Positions 51,581 through 62,839 of a DNA stretch of 64,000 nt are shown piece by piece. The DNA is taken from positions 107,164-171,163 of the forward strand of contig CAUPMJ010000001.1 of NCBI GenBank assembly GCA_963512455.1, read 5' to 3'. The notes beneath the pieces were generated by a model that saw only the letters and a program-made list of their open reading frames with translations, was not told the DNA's origin and did not search any database. Every line of letters begins with the position of its first letter. The stretch's first letter is position 1. A program made the position numbers and the translations under genes. Origin of the DNA: an uncultured Hylemonella sp. Its GTDB lineage: Bacteria > Pseudomonadota > Gammaproteobacteria > Burkholderiales > Burkholderiaceae_C.

Positions 51581-52435
51581 ATGCTCAAGCAGCGCATCAT
51601 CACCGCCATCGTCCTGCTGCTGATCCTGCTGCCGGCGCTCTTTCACCAGGACACGCTGTACTGGCGCCTGGTCACCCTGGTCCTGATCGCGGCGGGTGCC
51701 TGGGAGTGGGGGCGTCTCAATCGCCTGGGCCAGTTCGGCGCCTGGATCGGTGCTTTTGTCTGCCTGGTGGCCTGCGTCATGGCCTGGGATCTGGGCTTGC
51801 TGGCCGCACCCCAGCCGCTGCTGTGGACGCTGGCGGGTGGCATCTGGGTGCTGGTCGGGGCTGCCCTGATCAAGACTGGCGTGAGCCGCTGGGGGCAACT
51901 GCCGCAGGCCTTGCGTCTGGGCGGGGGCTGGCTGGTGCTGTGGTTGGCCTGGCTGGCTGTGGTGCAGGCGCGCGAGGTCGGCGTGGCCTTTTTACTCTCT
52001 ATCCTGCTGCTGGTCTGGATGGCGGACGTCGCCGCCTACTTTGCCGGCAAGGCCTGGGGCGGGCGGTTCAGCGCGGTCAGGCTGGCGCCGGCCATCAGTC
52101 CGGGCAAGAGTTGGGAGGGGGTCTGGGGCGGCATGGTGGGCGTGGTGGTGCTGGCGCTGGTCTGGCTGACCCTGGAGCGTGCCGGCGTGCTGGCATCGCC
52201 CAGCCTCTACAGCCATCTGCAGTCGCGCGGCGGCTGGCTGCTGCTGTTGCTGGCCGTGCTGTTCCTCGCGGCCATGAGCGTGGTGGGTGACCTGGTGGAG
52301 TCGCTGGTCAAGCGTAGCGCCGGCGCCAAGGACAGCAGCCGCCTGCTGCCCGGCCATGGTGGTGTGCTCGACCGCGTCGATGCCCTGCTGCCCACGCTGC
52401 CCCTGGCGATGATGTTTTATTCGGTACTGCGTTGA
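51581..52435 (+). CDS. cdsA: Phosphatidate cytidylyltransferase
   Basis: 284 aa polytopic membrane protein. C-terminal signature SLVKRSAGAKDSSRLLPGHGGVLDRVD. Confidence 0.92.
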   Translation: MLKQRIITAIVLLLILLPALFHQDTLYWRLVTLVLIAAGAWEWGRLNRLGQFGAWIGAFVCLVACVMAWDLGLLAAPQPLLWTLAGGIWVLVGAALIKTGVSRWGQLPQALRLGGGWLVLWLAWLAVVQAREVGVAFLLSILLLVWMADVAAYFAGKAWGGRFSAVRLAPAISPGKSWEGVWGGMVGVVVLALVWLTLERAGVLASPSLYSHLQSRGGWLLLLLAVLFLAAMSVVGDLVESLVKRSAGAKDSSRLLPGHGGVLDRVDALLPTLPLAMMFYSVLR

Positions 52436-53637
52436 TGAAGCAGCCAACACGTCAGCGGGTGGCCATCCTCGGCTCCACCGGTTCCATCGGCACGAGCACA
52501 CTGGACGTACTGGCGCGCCATCCGCAGCGCTTTGAGGTCCATGCGCTGACGGCCGCTACGCAGGTGGACCTGATGCTGCAGCAATGTCTGCAGTTCCAGC
52601 CCCGGTTCGCCGTCATGGCCAGCGCAGCCCACGCCAAGCAACTGGCCGAGCGCCTGCGCCAGGCCGGCGCGAAGACACAGGTGTTGGGGGGCGAGGTGGC
52701 CCTCTCCGAAGTGGCAGCGCACGAGGAGGTCGATGTCGTGATGGCGGCCATCGTCGGGGCCGCGGGTCTGGCGCCCTGCCTGGCCGCGGCGCACGCGGGC
52801 AAGCGCCTGCTGCTGGCCAACAAGGAAGCGCTGGTGGTCGGCGGCGAATTTTTTATGCAGGCGGTGCGTACGGGTGGCGCCACGCTGCTGCCGATCGACA
52901 GCGAGCATTCGGCCATCTTCCAGTCCCTGCCCGAAGACCCGGCCTCCTGGGCGCAGCGGGTCGACAAGATTATCCTCACTGCTTCCGGCGGCCCGTTTCG
53001 TACGCGCGATCCGCAGACCCTGCGCGAGGTCACGCCCGAACAGGCCTGCGCGCACCCGAACTGGGTGATGGGGCGCAAGATCTCGGTCGATTCGGCCACC
53101 ATGATGAACAAGGCGCTGGAGGTGATCGAGGCGCGTTACCTGTTCGGCTTGGGGCCGGAGCGGCTGGAGGTGGTGATCCACCCGCAAAGCGTGATCCACT
53201 CCATGGTGCAGTACAGCGATCACTCGGTGGTGGCACAACTGGGCACACCCGACATGCGGGTGCCCATCGCTTATGGCCTGTCCTGGCCCGAGCGCATGGC
53301 TTCGGGCGCTGCCGCGCTGGATTTCCACAAGCTGGCGGCCATGACCTTCGAGCCCATGGACGCTCCCGGGCACGCCCAGCGTTTCCCCGGGATCCGCCTG
53401 GCCTGGGATGCCTTGCGTGGCCCGGCGGGCACCACGGCGGTGCTCAATGCGGCCAACGAAGTGGCGGTGGCGGCCTTCCTGGAGCGGCGCATCCGTTTCG
53501 ACCAGATCCATGCGGTCAACCTGGGCACGCTGGCGGCCGTTGTGCCGGCAGCCCCCGGTTCGCTGGACGATCTGCTGGCGCTGGACGCACAGTCGCGCGC
53601 GGCAGCGCAGGCCTGCCTGCGTGGGCTGACGACCTGA
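52435..53637 (+). CDS. dxr: 1-deoxy-D-xylulose 5-phosphate reductoisomerase
   Basis: The track start 52432 is TTG. ATG at 52435 overlaps the cdsA stop by 1 nt. VAILGSTGSIGTSTLDV, LANKEALV, IDSEHSAIFQ, HPNWVMGRKISVDSATMMNKALE. Confidence 0.95.
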   Translation: MKQPTRQRVAILGSTGSIGTSTLDVLARHPQRFEVHALTAATQVDLMLQQCLQFQPRFAVMASAAHAKQLAERLRQAGAKTQVLGGEVALSEVAAHEEVDVVMAAIVGAAGLAPCLAAAHAGKRLLLANKEALVVGGEFFMQAVRTGGATLLPIDSEHSAIFQSLPEDPASWAQRVDKIILTASGGPFRTRDPQTLREVTPEQACAHPNWVMGRKISVDSATMMNKALEVIEARYLFGLGPERLEVVIHPQSVIHSMVQYSDHSVVAQLGTPDMRVPIAYGLSWPERMASGAAALDFHKLAAMTFEPMDAPGHAQRFPGIRLAWDALRGPAGTTAVLNAANEVAVAAFLERRIRFDQIHAVNLGTLAAVVPAAPGSLDDLLALDAQSRAAAQACLRGLTT

Positions 53638-53653
53638 GCCCCAAAGGACAAAC

Positions 53654-55015
53654 ATGCTGACCGTTGTTGCTTTTATCGTCGCTCTGGGGCTGCTGATCGC
53701 CATCCATGAATACGGGCACTACCGCATGGCCGTGGCCTGCGGCGTCAAGGTGCTACGTTTCTCGGTCGGGTTTGGCCACACCCTGCTGCGCTGGCAGCCC
53801 AGGGGTTCTGCGACCGAATTCGTGCTGGGGGCTTTCCCGTTGGGCGGTTACGTCCGCATGCTCGACGAACGGGAAGCGCCGGTGGCCGCGCACGAACGTC
53901 ACTTGGCCTTCAATACCCAGCCGCTGCGATCGCGCGCACTGATTGTCGCCGCCGGCCCGCTGGCCAATCTGTTGCTGGCCGTGCTGCTCTATGCGGTGGT
54001 CAACTGGAGTGGCGTGCAGATGGCCAGCCCAGTGCTGGGCGCTCCGGTGACCGCTTCTGTGGCTGAGCGCGCCGGACTGCGCGGGGGCGAGCGGGTTGAG
54101 CGCGCGGGTTTCGAGGGCGGCGAACTCAAGCCCATGGCCTCGTTCGAGGATGTGCGCTGGCTGCTGACGCGCGGGGCCCTCGAGGGGCGTGACGTACGCC
54201 TGGTCCTGCTCGATGCGCGTGGGCAGGCCACGACCGAGTTGGTGCTGCCGCTGGCGAGCATGGGGGTGAGCGACGCGGATGCCCAGCTGTTCGAGCGCAT
54301 CGGCATCGTTGCACCCCTGAGCCGACCGGAAATCGGTGAGATCACGCCGGGCAGCGCTGCTGAGCGGGCAGGCTTGCGTCCGGGCGATCTGGTGCTGAAC
54401 CTCGGCGGGGTGGTCGTGATGGACGGCCGCCAGTTGCGCGAGATGATCCGCGCCTCGGTGCGGGAAGGGCAGCCCCTCACGAAGAACTGGCGCATCGAGC
54501 GACAGGGTGCCATCACCAACCTTGACGTGACCCCTGAGGTCCAGCAGCAGGGCGGGGTGGCGATCGGCCGCATCGGGGCCTATGTGGGTGTGGCTCCCGA
54601 GATGATCACGGTCCAGCACGGTGTGTTCGAAGGCCTGTGGCTGGGTGTCGAGAAGACCTGGGACGTTTCGCTGCTGACGCTGCGCACGCTGGGCCGTATG
54701 CTGGTGGGTGAGGCCTCGCTGAAGAACCTCAGTGGTCCGCTGACCATAGCCGACTATGCCGGCCGTTCTGCCAGCCTGGGGCTGACGTCCTATCTGGTCT
54801 TTCTGGCCCTGATCAGCGTCAGCCTGGGCGTGCTCAACCTGCTGCCCTTGCCGGTGCTCGATGGCGGACACCTGATGTATTATCTTTGGGAGGGTGTTAC
54901 AGGCAAGCCCGTGTCGGAAGCCTGGCTGGAGCGCCTGCAGCGTGCTGGCGTTGCCATGCTGGCGCTCATGATGTCCATTGCGCTGTTCAATGACCTGACC
55001 CGTCTCCTGGGCTGA
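53654..55015 (+). CDS. rseP: RIP metalloprotease (site-2 protease) RseP
   Basis: 453 aa. HEYGHY zinc motif near the N-terminus, two PDZ-like segments, C-terminal NLLPLPVLDGGH. Confidence 0.93.
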   Translation: MLTVVAFIVALGLLIAIHEYGHYRMAVACGVKVLRFSVGFGHTLLRWQPRGSATEFVLGAFPLGGYVRMLDEREAPVAAHERHLAFNTQPLRSRALIVAAGPLANLLLAVLLYAVVNWSGVQMASPVLGAPVTASVAERAGLRGGERVERAGFEGGELKPMASFEDVRWLLTRGALEGRDVRLVLLDARGQATTELVLPLASMGVSDADAQLFERIGIVAPLSRPEIGEITPGSAAERAGLRPGDLVLNLGGVVVMDGRQLREMIRASVREGQPLTKNWRIERQGAITNLDVTPEVQQQGGVAIGRIGAYVGVAPEMITVQHGVFEGLWLGVEKTWDVSLLTLRTLGRMLVGEASLKNLSGPLTIADYAGRSASLGLTSYLVFLALISVSLGVLNLLPLPVLDGGHLMYYLWEGVTGKPVSEAWLERLQRAGVAMLALMMSIALFNDLTRLLG

Positions 55016-55061
55016 ACCACCGGACCCGACGGTGTGCCCCAGCCAAATTTCAAGTTGACCG

Positions 55062-57353
55062 ATGCAATTCACACGATATAGCCTGCGCGCCGCCTCCCTG
55101 GTGGCCGCCCTGTTGCTGACCGCGCACATGGCCTGGGCCGCCGAACCTTTCAAGATCCGCGACATCCAGGTCGAGGGTTTGCAGCGCATCGAGCCGGGGA
55201 CCGTCTTCGCCTCCATGCCGCTGCGCGTGGGGGATACCTACAACGACGAGAAAGGGACGGCCTCGATCCGTGCGCTGTTCGCCCTGGGCCTGTTCACCGA
55301 CGTGCGCCTGGAGATCAACGGGGACGTGTTGGTGGTGGTGGTCGAGGAGCGGCCCAGCGTGGCTGGCGTCGAGTTCATCGGAACCCGCGAGTTCGACAAG
55401 GAGGCGCTGACGAAGGCGCTGAAAGACATCGGTTTGGCCGAGGGACGTCCTTTCGACAAGGCCCTGCTGGACCGGGCCGAGCAGGAGCTCAAGCGCCAGT
55501 ACATCAATAAAAGTCTCTATGCAGCCGAGGTGGTGACGACCGTGACGCCGGTGGAGCGCAACCGCGTGAGCCTGGCCTTCACCGTCATCGAAGGCGAACC
55601 GGCCAAGATCAGCGAAATCCGTATTGTCGGCAACAAGGCGTTTTCCGAATCGACCCTGCGCAATCTGTTCGACCTGGACACCGGCAACTGGATGAGTTGG
55701 TACACCAAGTCGGATCGCTATTCACGTGCCAAGCTCAATGCCGACATCGAGACGATGCGTTCCTACTATCTGGCGCGCGGCTATCTGGAGTTCCGGATCG
55801 ACTCGACCCAGGTGGCCATCGCCCCCAACAAGCAGGATATTTCCATCACCCACAATGTGACCGAGGGGGAGCGTTTCGTCGTGGCCGGGGTGCGTCTGGC
55901 CGGCAACTATCTGGGGCGCGAGGATGAATTCAAGGCCCTGGTATCGATACGCCCCGGCGAAGCCTACAACGCCGACCGGGTGGCCGAGACCGTCAAGGCC
56001 TTCACTGAATATTTCGGCCGTTTCGGCTACGCCTTTGCTCGCGTTCAGTCCGTGCCTGAGATCGACCGCAGCACCAGCCGGGTGACGCTGGTGTTGCAGG
56101 CCGAACCTTCGCGCCGTGCCTATGTGCGCCGTATCAATGTGGCGGGTAACAACCGCACGCGTGACGAGGTGATCCGCCGCGAGTTCCGCCAGTTTGAATC
56201 GTCTTGGTACGACAGCGAACGGATCCGCCTGTCGCGCAACCGGGTGGACCGACTGGGCTATTTCAGCGAAGTCACGATGGAGACCTCGGAAGTGCCAGGT
56301 ACGCCCGACCAGGTGGACCTGACCATGAAGGTCGTCGAGCGGCCCACCGGCAGTCTGACGCTGGGTGCCGGCTTCTCCACCAGCGAGGGATTGGGGCTGA
56401 CGTTTGGCATCAGCCAGCAGAACGCTTTTGGCAGTGGCAACTCGCTGGGCGTGCAACTCAACACCAGCAAGATCAATCGCGTGATTGTGGTCAGTACGAC
56501 CGACCCGTATTTCACGCAGGACGGGGTGTCGCGCACGATTGACCTGTACCAGCGGGTCTCGCGCCCCTATTACTACGAAGATTCTTACGCGCTGGAGACC
56601 GTTGGCACCAGCCTGCGCTTCGGCATCCCCTTCACCGAGCGCGATACGGTCTACCTGGGGGCGGGCGTCGAGCGCACCACCATCGTGCCGGGCACCTACC
56701 TGCCGGTGGCCTACCAGAGTTACGCCGACCAGTTCGGTTATGCCAGCACCGCCGTGCCGCTGACCCTGGGTTGGGGGCGGGACAACCGCGATAGCGCCCT
56801 GGTGCCGACCAGTGGCAACCTCCAGCGCGCCACCGCCGAGTGGAGCACCTTTGGTGAGGTGCGTTATGTCCGTGGCACTTATAACTACCAGCACTATGTG
56901 CCGCTGACCAAGCAGTACACCTTTGCCTTCAATTCGGATCTGGCCCTGGGCCAGGGGATCGACGGCCGACCCTATCCGCTGTTCAAGAACTTCTATGGTG
57001 GCGGCCTGGGCTCGGTGCGTGGTTTCGAGGCGGGCAGTCTGGGGCCGCGCGACTCGGCCACCGGCCTGACCTACGGTGGGCCGAAAAAGATCAATTTCAA
57101 CTTCGAACTGCAGGCGCCGTTCCCTGGTGCCGGCAACGACCGGACCCTGCGCGTCTATACCTTTGTCGATGCCGGCAACGTCTATGGGCCGGACGATCCG
57201 ATCGATGCAGCCAACTTCCGGGTGGGCGGTGGCGTCGGTATCAGCTGGATCTCGCCCATGGGCCCCTTGCGCCTGGCCTTTGCCCGTCCCATCCGGCAAT
57301 TCGAAGGCGATAGAATCCAGTATCTGCAATTCCAGATTGGGACCACATTCTGA
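55062..57353 (+). CDS. bamA: Outer membrane protein assembly factor BamA
   Basis: 763 aa. Signal peptide, POTRA repeats (IRDIQVEGLQRIEPGTV), and a beta-barrel ending QFQIGTTF. Confidence 0.95.
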   Translation: MQFTRYSLRAASLVAALLLTAHMAWAAEPFKIRDIQVEGLQRIEPGTVFASMPLRVGDTYNDEKGTASIRALFALGLFTDVRLEINGDVLVVVVEERPSVAGVEFIGTREFDKEALTKALKDIGLAEGRPFDKALLDRAEQELKRQYINKSLYAAEVVTTVTPVERNRVSLAFTVIEGEPAKISEIRIVGNKAFSESTLRNLFDLDTGNWMSWYTKSDRYSRAKLNADIETMRSYYLARGYLEFRIDSTQVAIAPNKQDISITHNVTEGERFVVAGVRLAGNYLGREDEFKALVSIRPGEAYNADRVAETVKAFTEYFGRFGYAFARVQSVPEIDRSTSRVTLVLQAEPSRRAYVRRINVAGNNRTRDEVIRREFRQFESSWYDSERIRLSRNRVDRLGYFSEVTMETSEVPGTPDQVDLTMKVVERPTGSLTLGAGFSTSEGLGLTFGISQQNAFGSGNSLGVQLNTSKINRVIVVSTTDPYFTQDGVSRTIDLYQRVSRPYYYEDSYALETVGTSLRFGIPFTERDTVYLGAGVERTTIVPGTYLPVAYQSYADQFGYASTAVPLTLGWGRDNRDSALVPTSGNLQRATAEWSTFGEVRYVRGTYNYQHYVPLTKQYTFAFNSDLALGQGIDGRPYPLFKNFYGGGLGSVRGFEAGSLGPRDSATGLTYGGPKKINFNFELQAPFPGAGNDRTLRVYTFVDAGNVYGPDDPIDAANFRVGGGVGISWISPMGPLRLAFARPIRQFEGDRIQYLQFQIGTTF

Positions 57354-57865
57354 TGAAGTACTTCATACGTCCTGCATATCTGCTGCTGGGTCTGAGTCTG
57401 CTGGCCGTGCCGGCGCTGGCCCAGGAATTCCGGCTGGGTTTCGTCAGCCTGGACCGCATCATCAAGGAAGCGGTGCCGGCCAAGAATGCCCAGGCCAAGC
57501 TGGAGCAGGAGTTCTCCAAGCGCGAGAAAGAGCTGCAGGCCCAGGGCGCCAGCATCAAGAGCCAGGCCGAGTTGCTGGAGCGTGAGGCGCCCACGCTGTC
57601 GGAAAGCCAGCGCGTGAACCGCCAGAAGCAGCTGGTCGAACTGGACCGCGATTTCCAGCGCAAGCGCCGCGAGTTTCAGGAAGACCTCAACGCCCGTCGC
57701 AACGAGGAACTGCAGCAGGTGTTCGAGCGTGCCAACCGTGTGGTCAAGCAGGTGGCCGACGCTGAGAAATACGACCTGATCCTCCAGGAGGCGGTCTACG
57801 TCAACCCCCGGCACGACATCACCGACAAGGTGATCAAGGCCCTGAATGCCACCGTGACCAAGTAA
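57353..57865 (+). CDS. skp: OmpH/Skp family periplasmic chaperone
   Basis: 170 aa. The ATG overlaps the bamA stop by 1 nt. Signal peptide followed by a coiled-coil-rich sequence. Confidence 0.88.
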   Translation: MKYFIRPAYLLLGLSLLAVPALAQEFRLGFVSLDRIIKEAVPAKNAQAKLEQEFSKREKELQAQGASIKSQAELLEREAPTLSESQRVNRQKQLVELDRDFQRKRREFQEDLNARRNEELQQVFERANRVVKQVADAEKYDLILQEAVYVNPRHDITDKVIKALNATVTK

Positions 57866-57896
57866 GGTCACACGGATATTTGCGGGCAGATCGCGT

Positions 57897-58880
57897 GTGG
57901 CAGTGCGTCTAGGCAACATCGTCGAGCAGCTCGGGGGCGAACTGTTTGGCGACCCTGCGCTGGAAATCCAGGCCTTGGCCCCTCTCGATGTGGCCGAACC
58001 TCAACACCTCAGCTTCCTCAGCAACCCCAAATACCGCCAGCAACTGGCAGCGTCGCGTGCCGGCTGCGTGATTGTCGGACCACAGATGCAGGCCGAGGCC
58101 GTTGCCCGCGGCGCCTGCATCGTTGCCGACAATCCTTACCTCTACTTCGCCCGCGTCACCCAGCTCTGGCAGCGCTCGCGCCAACGCCCGGCCAGCCCGC
58201 GCATCCATCCGAGTGCGGTCGTTGACCCCGCGGCGCAGGTCGATCCGACTGCTCAGATCGGGCCGCTGTGCGTGGTCGAACGCGGCGCGCGCATCGGGGC
58301 GCACACGGTGCTCAAATCTCGCGTGACCGTCAGCGAGGACTGCGTGATTGGCGGGCGCTGCATTCTGCACTCCGGGGTGGTGATCGGGGCCGACGGTTTC
58401 GGTTTTGCCAAGGACGGCGAGCGCTGGGAGAAGATCGAGCAGCTCGGCGCGGTGCGCATCGGCAACGACGTCGAGATCGGCGCCAACACCTGTATTGACC
58501 GCGGTGCCTTGAGCGACACCGTGATCGAGGATGGCGTCAAGCTCGACAACCTGATCCAGATCGGCCACAACGTGCGCGTGGGCCGCAACACCGCCATGGC
58601 GGGCTGCGTGGGCGTAGCCGGCAGTGCCACCATCGGGGCCAACTGCACCATCGGCGGCAGCGCCGGCGTGCTGGGCCACCTGAGCATCGCGGACGGGGTG
58701 AACGTGTCTTCGTTCTCGCTGGTCACGCGTTCGCTCAACAAGCCGGGGCATTACACCGGCTTCTATCCGCTGGAGGACAATGCGTCCTGGGAAAAGAATG
58801 CCGCTACCCTCAAGCAGCTCTCTACCCTGCGCGAACGCGTACGCGCGCTGGAAAAAGACCTCAAGGAAACAAAAAAATGA
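57897..58880 (+). CDS. lpxD: UDP-3-O-(3-hydroxymyristoyl)glucosamine N-acyltransferase
   Basis: 327 aa with a GTG start at 57897. Left-handed beta-helix hexapeptide repeats. [36 protein letters not shown]. Confidence 0.93.
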   Translation: MAVRLGNIVEQLGGELFGDPALEIQALAPLDVAEPQHLSFLSNPKYRQQLAASRAGCVIVGPQMQAEAVARGACIVADNPYLYFARVTQLWQRSRQRPASPRIHPSAVVDPAAQVDPTAQIGPLCVVERGARIGAHTVLKSRVTVSEDCVIGGRCILHSGVVIGADGFGFAKDGERWEKIEQLGAVRIGNDVEIGANTCIDRGALSDTVIEDGVKLDNLIQIGHNVRVGRNTAMAGCVGVAGSATIGANCTIGGSAGVLGHLSIADGVNVSSFSLVTRSLNKPGHYTGFYPLEDNASWEKNAATLKQLSTLRERVRALEKDLKETKK

Positions 58881-59323
58881 TCGCCATGGACATCCACAAA
58901 ATTCTCAAGCTGCTGCCGCACCGTTACCCCATCCTGCTGGTGGACCGGGTGCTGGAGCTGGAGAAGGGCAAGCGTATCAAGGCGGTCAAGAACGTCACGA
59001 TCAACGAGGATTTCTTCAACGGTCATTTCCCCACCCGCCCCGTCATGCCGGGGGTTTTGATGCTTGAGGCCCTGGCGCAGACGGCGGCCCTGCTGTCCTT
59101 CGAAACCCTGGGCCATGCCCTCGACGAGAACACGGTGTACTACTTTGCCGGCATCGACAACGCGCGCTTCAAGCGCCCGGTCGAGCCCGGCGACCAGCTC
59201 ATCCTTGAAGCCGAGCTGGAACGCTCCAAGGCCGGCATCTACAAGTTCAAGGTCTGGGCCAGCGTCGACGGCGAACGTGCTGTCGAGGCCGATATCCTGT
59301 GCACCATGCGCAAGGTCAGCTGA
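58877..59323 (+). CDS. fabZ: 3-hydroxyacyl-ACP dehydratase
   Basis: 148 aa. The ATG overlaps the lpxD stop (ATGA). [36 protein letters not shown]. Confidence 0.95.
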   Translation: MIAMDIHKILKLLPHRYPILLVDRVLELEKGKRIKAVKNVTINEDFFNGHFPTRPVMPGVLMLEALAQTAALLSFETLGHALDENTVYYFAGIDNARFKRPVEPGDQLILEAELERSKAGIYKFKVWASVDGERAVEADILCTMRKVS

Positions 59324-59332
59324 GGGCGCAGC

Positions 59333-60121
59333 GTGACGCAGATCCATTCGACCGCTATCGTCGATCCCCGGGCCGAACTCGACAGCACTGTCACGGTGGG
59401 GCCCTACACGGTGATCGGCCCACACGTAAAGGTGGGGGCAGGCACGGCCATCGGTCCGCATTGTGTGATCGAGGGACGCACGACCATCGGTCGGGACAAC
59501 CGGATTTTCCAGTTCAACTCGCTGGGCGCCATCTCGCAGGACAAGAAGTACAAGGACGAGCCCTGCGAACTGCACATCGGGGACCGCAACACGATCCGCG
59601 AGTTCTGTACCTTCAACATCGGTACGGCGCAGGACAAGAACGAAACCCGCATCGGCAACGACAACTGGATCATGGCCTATGTGCACATCGCTCACGACTG
59701 CATCATTGGCAATCATGTGACCATGGCCAACAACGCCACCCTGGCCGGGCATGTCGAGATCGGCGACTGGTCCACCGTGGGCGGCCTGACCGGCATCCTC
59801 CAGCGCATGCGCATCGGTGCCCACACCATGATCGGCTTTGCCAGTCACGTCGCCAAGGACATCCCGCCGTACATGGTGGTGGATGGCAATCCGCTGACGG
59901 TGCGCAGCGTCAACCTGGTCGGCTTGCGGCGGCGGGATTTTTCTGACCAGCGCATCGCGGCCATCCGTGAGATGCACAAGATCCTCTACCGCCAGAACCT
60001 CACGCTGGAGCAGGCGCGCACGGCCATCGCCGCGCTGCCGCAGACTTGGCCCGAAGCGGCGGACGACGTGGCGCAGATGGAAGCCTTCCTCGCCAGCGCC
60101 ACCAACGGCATTGCCCGCTGA
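59333..60121 (+). CDS. lpxA: Acyl-ACP--UDP-N-acetylglucosamine O-acyltransferase
   Basis: 262 aa with a GTG start at 59333. [17 protein letters not shown], hexapeptide repeats, [12 protein letters not shown]. Confidence 0.95.
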   Translation: MTQIHSTAIVDPRAELDSTVTVGPYTVIGPHVKVGAGTAIGPHCVIEGRTTIGRDNRIFQFNSLGAISQDKKYKDEPCELHIGDRNTIREFCTFNIGTAQDKNETRIGNDNWIMAYVHIAHDCIIGNHVTMANNATLAGHVEIGDWSTVGGLTGILQRMRIGAHTMIGFASHVAKDIPPYMVVDGNPLTVRSVNLVGLRRRDFSDQRIAAIREMHKILYRQNLTLEQARTAIAALPQTWPEAADDVAQMEAFLASATNGIAR

Positions 60122-60131
60122 GAGACCAGAC

Positions 60132-61274
60132 ATGATGTCCCAGCCGCGCGTCGCGATGGTGGCGGGCGAGACCTCCGGGGACTTGCTGGCCGGCCTCCTG
60201 CTCGATGGTGTCCGTGCACGTTGGCCTGAAGCCCAAGCCCTGGGCATCGGTGGGCCGCAGATGGCCCGACGCGGCTTTCAGGCCTGGTGGCCCAGCGACA
60301 AACTGGCTGTGAGCGGTTATGTCGAGGTACTGCGCCATTACCGTGAGCTCGTGGGCATCCGTGACCAGCTTCGCGAGCGACTGCTCCAGGACCGGCCTGA
60401 TGTCTTTATCGGCGTCGACGCCCCCGATTTCAATCTGGATCTGGAGCGTGATCTCAAGGCCGCTGGCGTGAAAACCGTGCACTTCGTCTGTCCCTCCATC
60501 TGGGCTTGGCGTCCCGAGCGCGTACACAAGATCAAAGTCAGCGTGGACCACGTCCTGTGCATCTTCCCGTTTGAAGTGGAATTGCTGGGCCGGCACGGCA
60601 TCGCCGCGACCTATGTCGGCCATCCGCTGGCCAATGTGATTCCCCTGCAACCGGACCGCGCTGCCGCGCGCGCGGCGCTGGGGGTGCCGGTCGACGCGCA
60701 GCTTGTGGCCATCCTGCCGGGCAGCCGGGCGGGCGAGATCAAACAGCTGGCTGAACGCTTCTTCCGCGCGGCGGCCCTGATGCTCCAGTCCCGCCCGCAG
60801 CTGCAATTCCTCGTGCCGGCCATTCCCGCCCTGCGAACGCGCATCGAGCAAGCCGCGCGCGCTGCGGGCATGCAAGGGCGACTGCGCATCCTTGATGGTC
60901 AGTCCCACACCGTGCTGGCGGCCTGTGACGTGACCCTGATCGCCAGCGGTACGGCTACGCTCGAGGCCGCCCTGTTCAAACGACCCATGGTGATCTCCTA
61001 TGCCGTGAACTGGCTGACTTACCAGCTCATGAAGCGCAAGCAGCTGCAGCCCTGGGTTGGTCTGCCCAACGTCTTGTGCCGCGATTTCGTCGTGCCCGAG
61101 CTCTTGCAGCATGACGCCACGCCTGAGAAACTGGCTGCGGCCACGCTGCAGTGGCTGGATGCGCCCGAGCGTGTCGCGGCCCTGGAGCAGACCTTCATGG
61201 CACTGCATGCCGAACTGCAGCGCGACACACCTAAGCTGGCGGCCGATGCGATCGCGCAAGTTCTTGCAGGCTGA
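60132..61274 (+). CDS. lpxB: Lipid-A-disaccharide synthase
   Basis: Trimmed to ATG 60132 ([21 protein letters not shown]). [29 protein letters not shown]. Confidence 0.93.
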   Translation: MMSQPRVAMVAGETSGDLLAGLLLDGVRARWPEAQALGIGGPQMARRGFQAWWPSDKLAVSGYVEVLRHYRELVGIRDQLRERLLQDRPDVFIGVDAPDFNLDLERDLKAAGVKTVHFVCPSIWAWRPERVHKIKVSVDHVLCIFPFEVELLGRHGIAATYVGHPLANVIPLQPDRAAARAALGVPVDAQLVAILPGSRAGEIKQLAERFFRAAALMLQSRPQLQFLVPAIPALRTRIEQAARAAGMQGRLRILDGQSHTVLAACDVTLIASGTATLEAALFKRPMVISYAVNWLTYQLMKRKQLQPWVGLPNVLCRDFVVPELLQHDATPEKLAAATLQWLDAPERVAALEQTFMALHAELQRDTPKLAADAIAQVLAG

Positions 61275-61863
61275 ACAGGCCACGCTTATGTGGGACACGC
61301 CGGGTCTGATCGCCGGGGTGGATGAGGCTGGCCGCGGCCCCTTGGCTGGCCCAGTGGTGGCAGCCGCGGTGATACTGGACGATCTGAACCCCATCCAGGG
61401 CCTGGCCGATTCCAAGAAGCTCACGCCCGCGCGTCGCGAGAAGCTGTACGACGAGATCCGGGCCAAGGCCCTGTGCTGTTCCATCGCCGAAGCCAGTGTG
61501 GAGGAGATCGACACGCTGAATATCCTGCAGGCCACGCTGCTGGCCATGCGCCGTGCCGTCGAAGGCCTGCGTCTCAAGCCTGCCAAGGTGCTGGTGGACG
61601 GCAACCGTCTGCCGGTGCTGGATGTGCTGGCCGAGGCGATCGTCAAAGGCGACGTCACGGTGCCGGCGATTTCCGCCGCTTCCATCCTGGCCAAGGTGCA
61701 CCGCGACCGCTGGTGCGCCGAGTACGACCGCGAGTTTCCGCAGTATGGCTTTGCTGCCCACAAGGGTTACGGCACGGCCGAACATCTGGCGGCGCTGCGC
61801 GCGCACGGCGCCTGTCCGCAGCATCGCAAGACCTTTGCGCCGGTGACGGAGGTGTTGAAATGA
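61246..61863 (+). CDS. rnhB: Ribonuclease HII
   Basis: [31 protein letters not shown]. The start is either ATG 61246 (overlaps the lpxB end) or ATG 61288. The stop at 61863 is certain. Confidence 0.9.
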   Translation: MRSRKFLQAEQATLMWDTPGLIAGVDEAGRGPLAGPVVAAAVILDDLNPIQGLADSKKLTPARREKLYDEIRAKALCCSIAEASVEEIDTLNILQATLLAMRRAVEGLRLKPAKVLVDGNRLPVLDVLAEAIVKGDVTVPAISAASILAKVHRDRWCAEYDREFPQYGFAAHKGYGTAEHLAALRAHGACPQHRKTFAPVTEVLK

Positions 61864-62642
61864 GCATGCAGCAGCCGATCCATATCACGGCACGAGATAA
61901 CCCGCTGCTCAAGGAACTGCGCAAGCTCAGCCAGGACAGCACGGCCTATCGCAAGACGGGACGTTTCTGGGTCGAGGGAGATCATCTCTGCCGCGCGGCC
62001 TCGTTGCGCGGGAGCCGGCCGTCCATTGCGGTATTTGCTGAGGCTGCCTGGCCGTTGTTTGCGGCCGAGTTCGGCACGTCTGCGGCCAAGACCGTCCTGG
62101 TGCCCGATGCGCTGTTCGACGGCATCAGCGGCCTTGAATCGCCCTCTCGACTGGGTTTCGTGTTCGACTTGCCCGCCAATGCAGTCCTGCAGCCCGGCCT
62201 AGCCTCGGTCATCCTCGACCGTGTGCAGGATGCCGGTAACGTGGGATCCATCCTGCGCAGTGCAGCGGCCTTCGGTTTCCAGCAGGTGATTGCCCTCAAG
62301 GGCACCGCTGCTCTCTGGAGTCCCAAGGTGCTGCGCGCCGGTATGGGCGCGCATTTTGCATTGCGCCTGGTCGAGAGTGTGGAGCCGGCGGCGCTCGACG
62401 ATCTGGCCATGCCCATCATCGTCACCAGCTCGCACCAGGGTGAGCTGATCCACCGGCAGTCCTTGCCCTGGCCCTGTGCCTGGGCACTGGGCCATGAAGG
62501 GCAGGGCGTGGGCGACGAGTTGATGGCGCGTGCTGCGCTCTCGGTGCGCATTGCCCAGCCCGGCGGGGAGGAGTCTCTCAACGTGGCCGCGGCCGCCGCC
62601 ATCTGCCTGCACGCCAGCGCCGTGGCGGTCGCTGCGACCTGA
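61860..62642 (+). CDS. TrmH/SpoU-family RNA 2'-O-methyltransferase
   Basis: Trimmed to ATG 61860, which overlaps the rnhB stop (ATGA). [46 protein letters not shown]. Confidence 0.85.
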   Translation: MSMQQPIHITARDNPLLKELRKLSQDSTAYRKTGRFWVEGDHLCRAASLRGSRPSIAVFAEAAWPLFAAEFGTSAAKTVLVPDALFDGISGLESPSRLGFVFDLPANAVLQPGLASVILDRVQDAGNVGSILRSAAAFGFQQVIALKGTAALWSPKVLRAGMGAHFALRLVESVEPAALDDLAMPIIVTSSHQGELIHRQSLPWPCAWALGHEGQGVGDELMARAALSVRIAQPGGEESLNVAAAAAICLHASAVAVAAT

Positions 62643-62839
62643 ATTTTCTCAAAGCGGGTTCAAGGCCGTCATACAAGGCGAAGGCTGCGAGGGGGCATCG
62701 ACCCTAAGCTATAATCTTGAACTGTTCAGAAATCCAGCCGCCCCAGCGCATTTCAGGCCGAACAATCCCTCTTCAAAGCAGCAGCCAGGACCCGTTTCCT
62801 GTAAGTGCGTGGGCGCGCCCGTAACCAACGGAGTACCCA

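Noticed and set aside
60000-61763. 587-aa minus-strand ORF
   Set aside because: Antisense to lpxB and rnhB, which both have clear family motifs. Composition is Ser/Ala/Arg-rich and featureless.
47566-62642. Checked the 16-gene rpsB-to-trmH-like block for insertions, pseudogenes or unusual order
   Set aside because: The gene order and the short overlaps (cdsA/dxr, bamA/skp, lpxD/fabZ, rnhB/methyltransferase) match the conserved proteobacterial arrangement. Nothing anomalous was seen.
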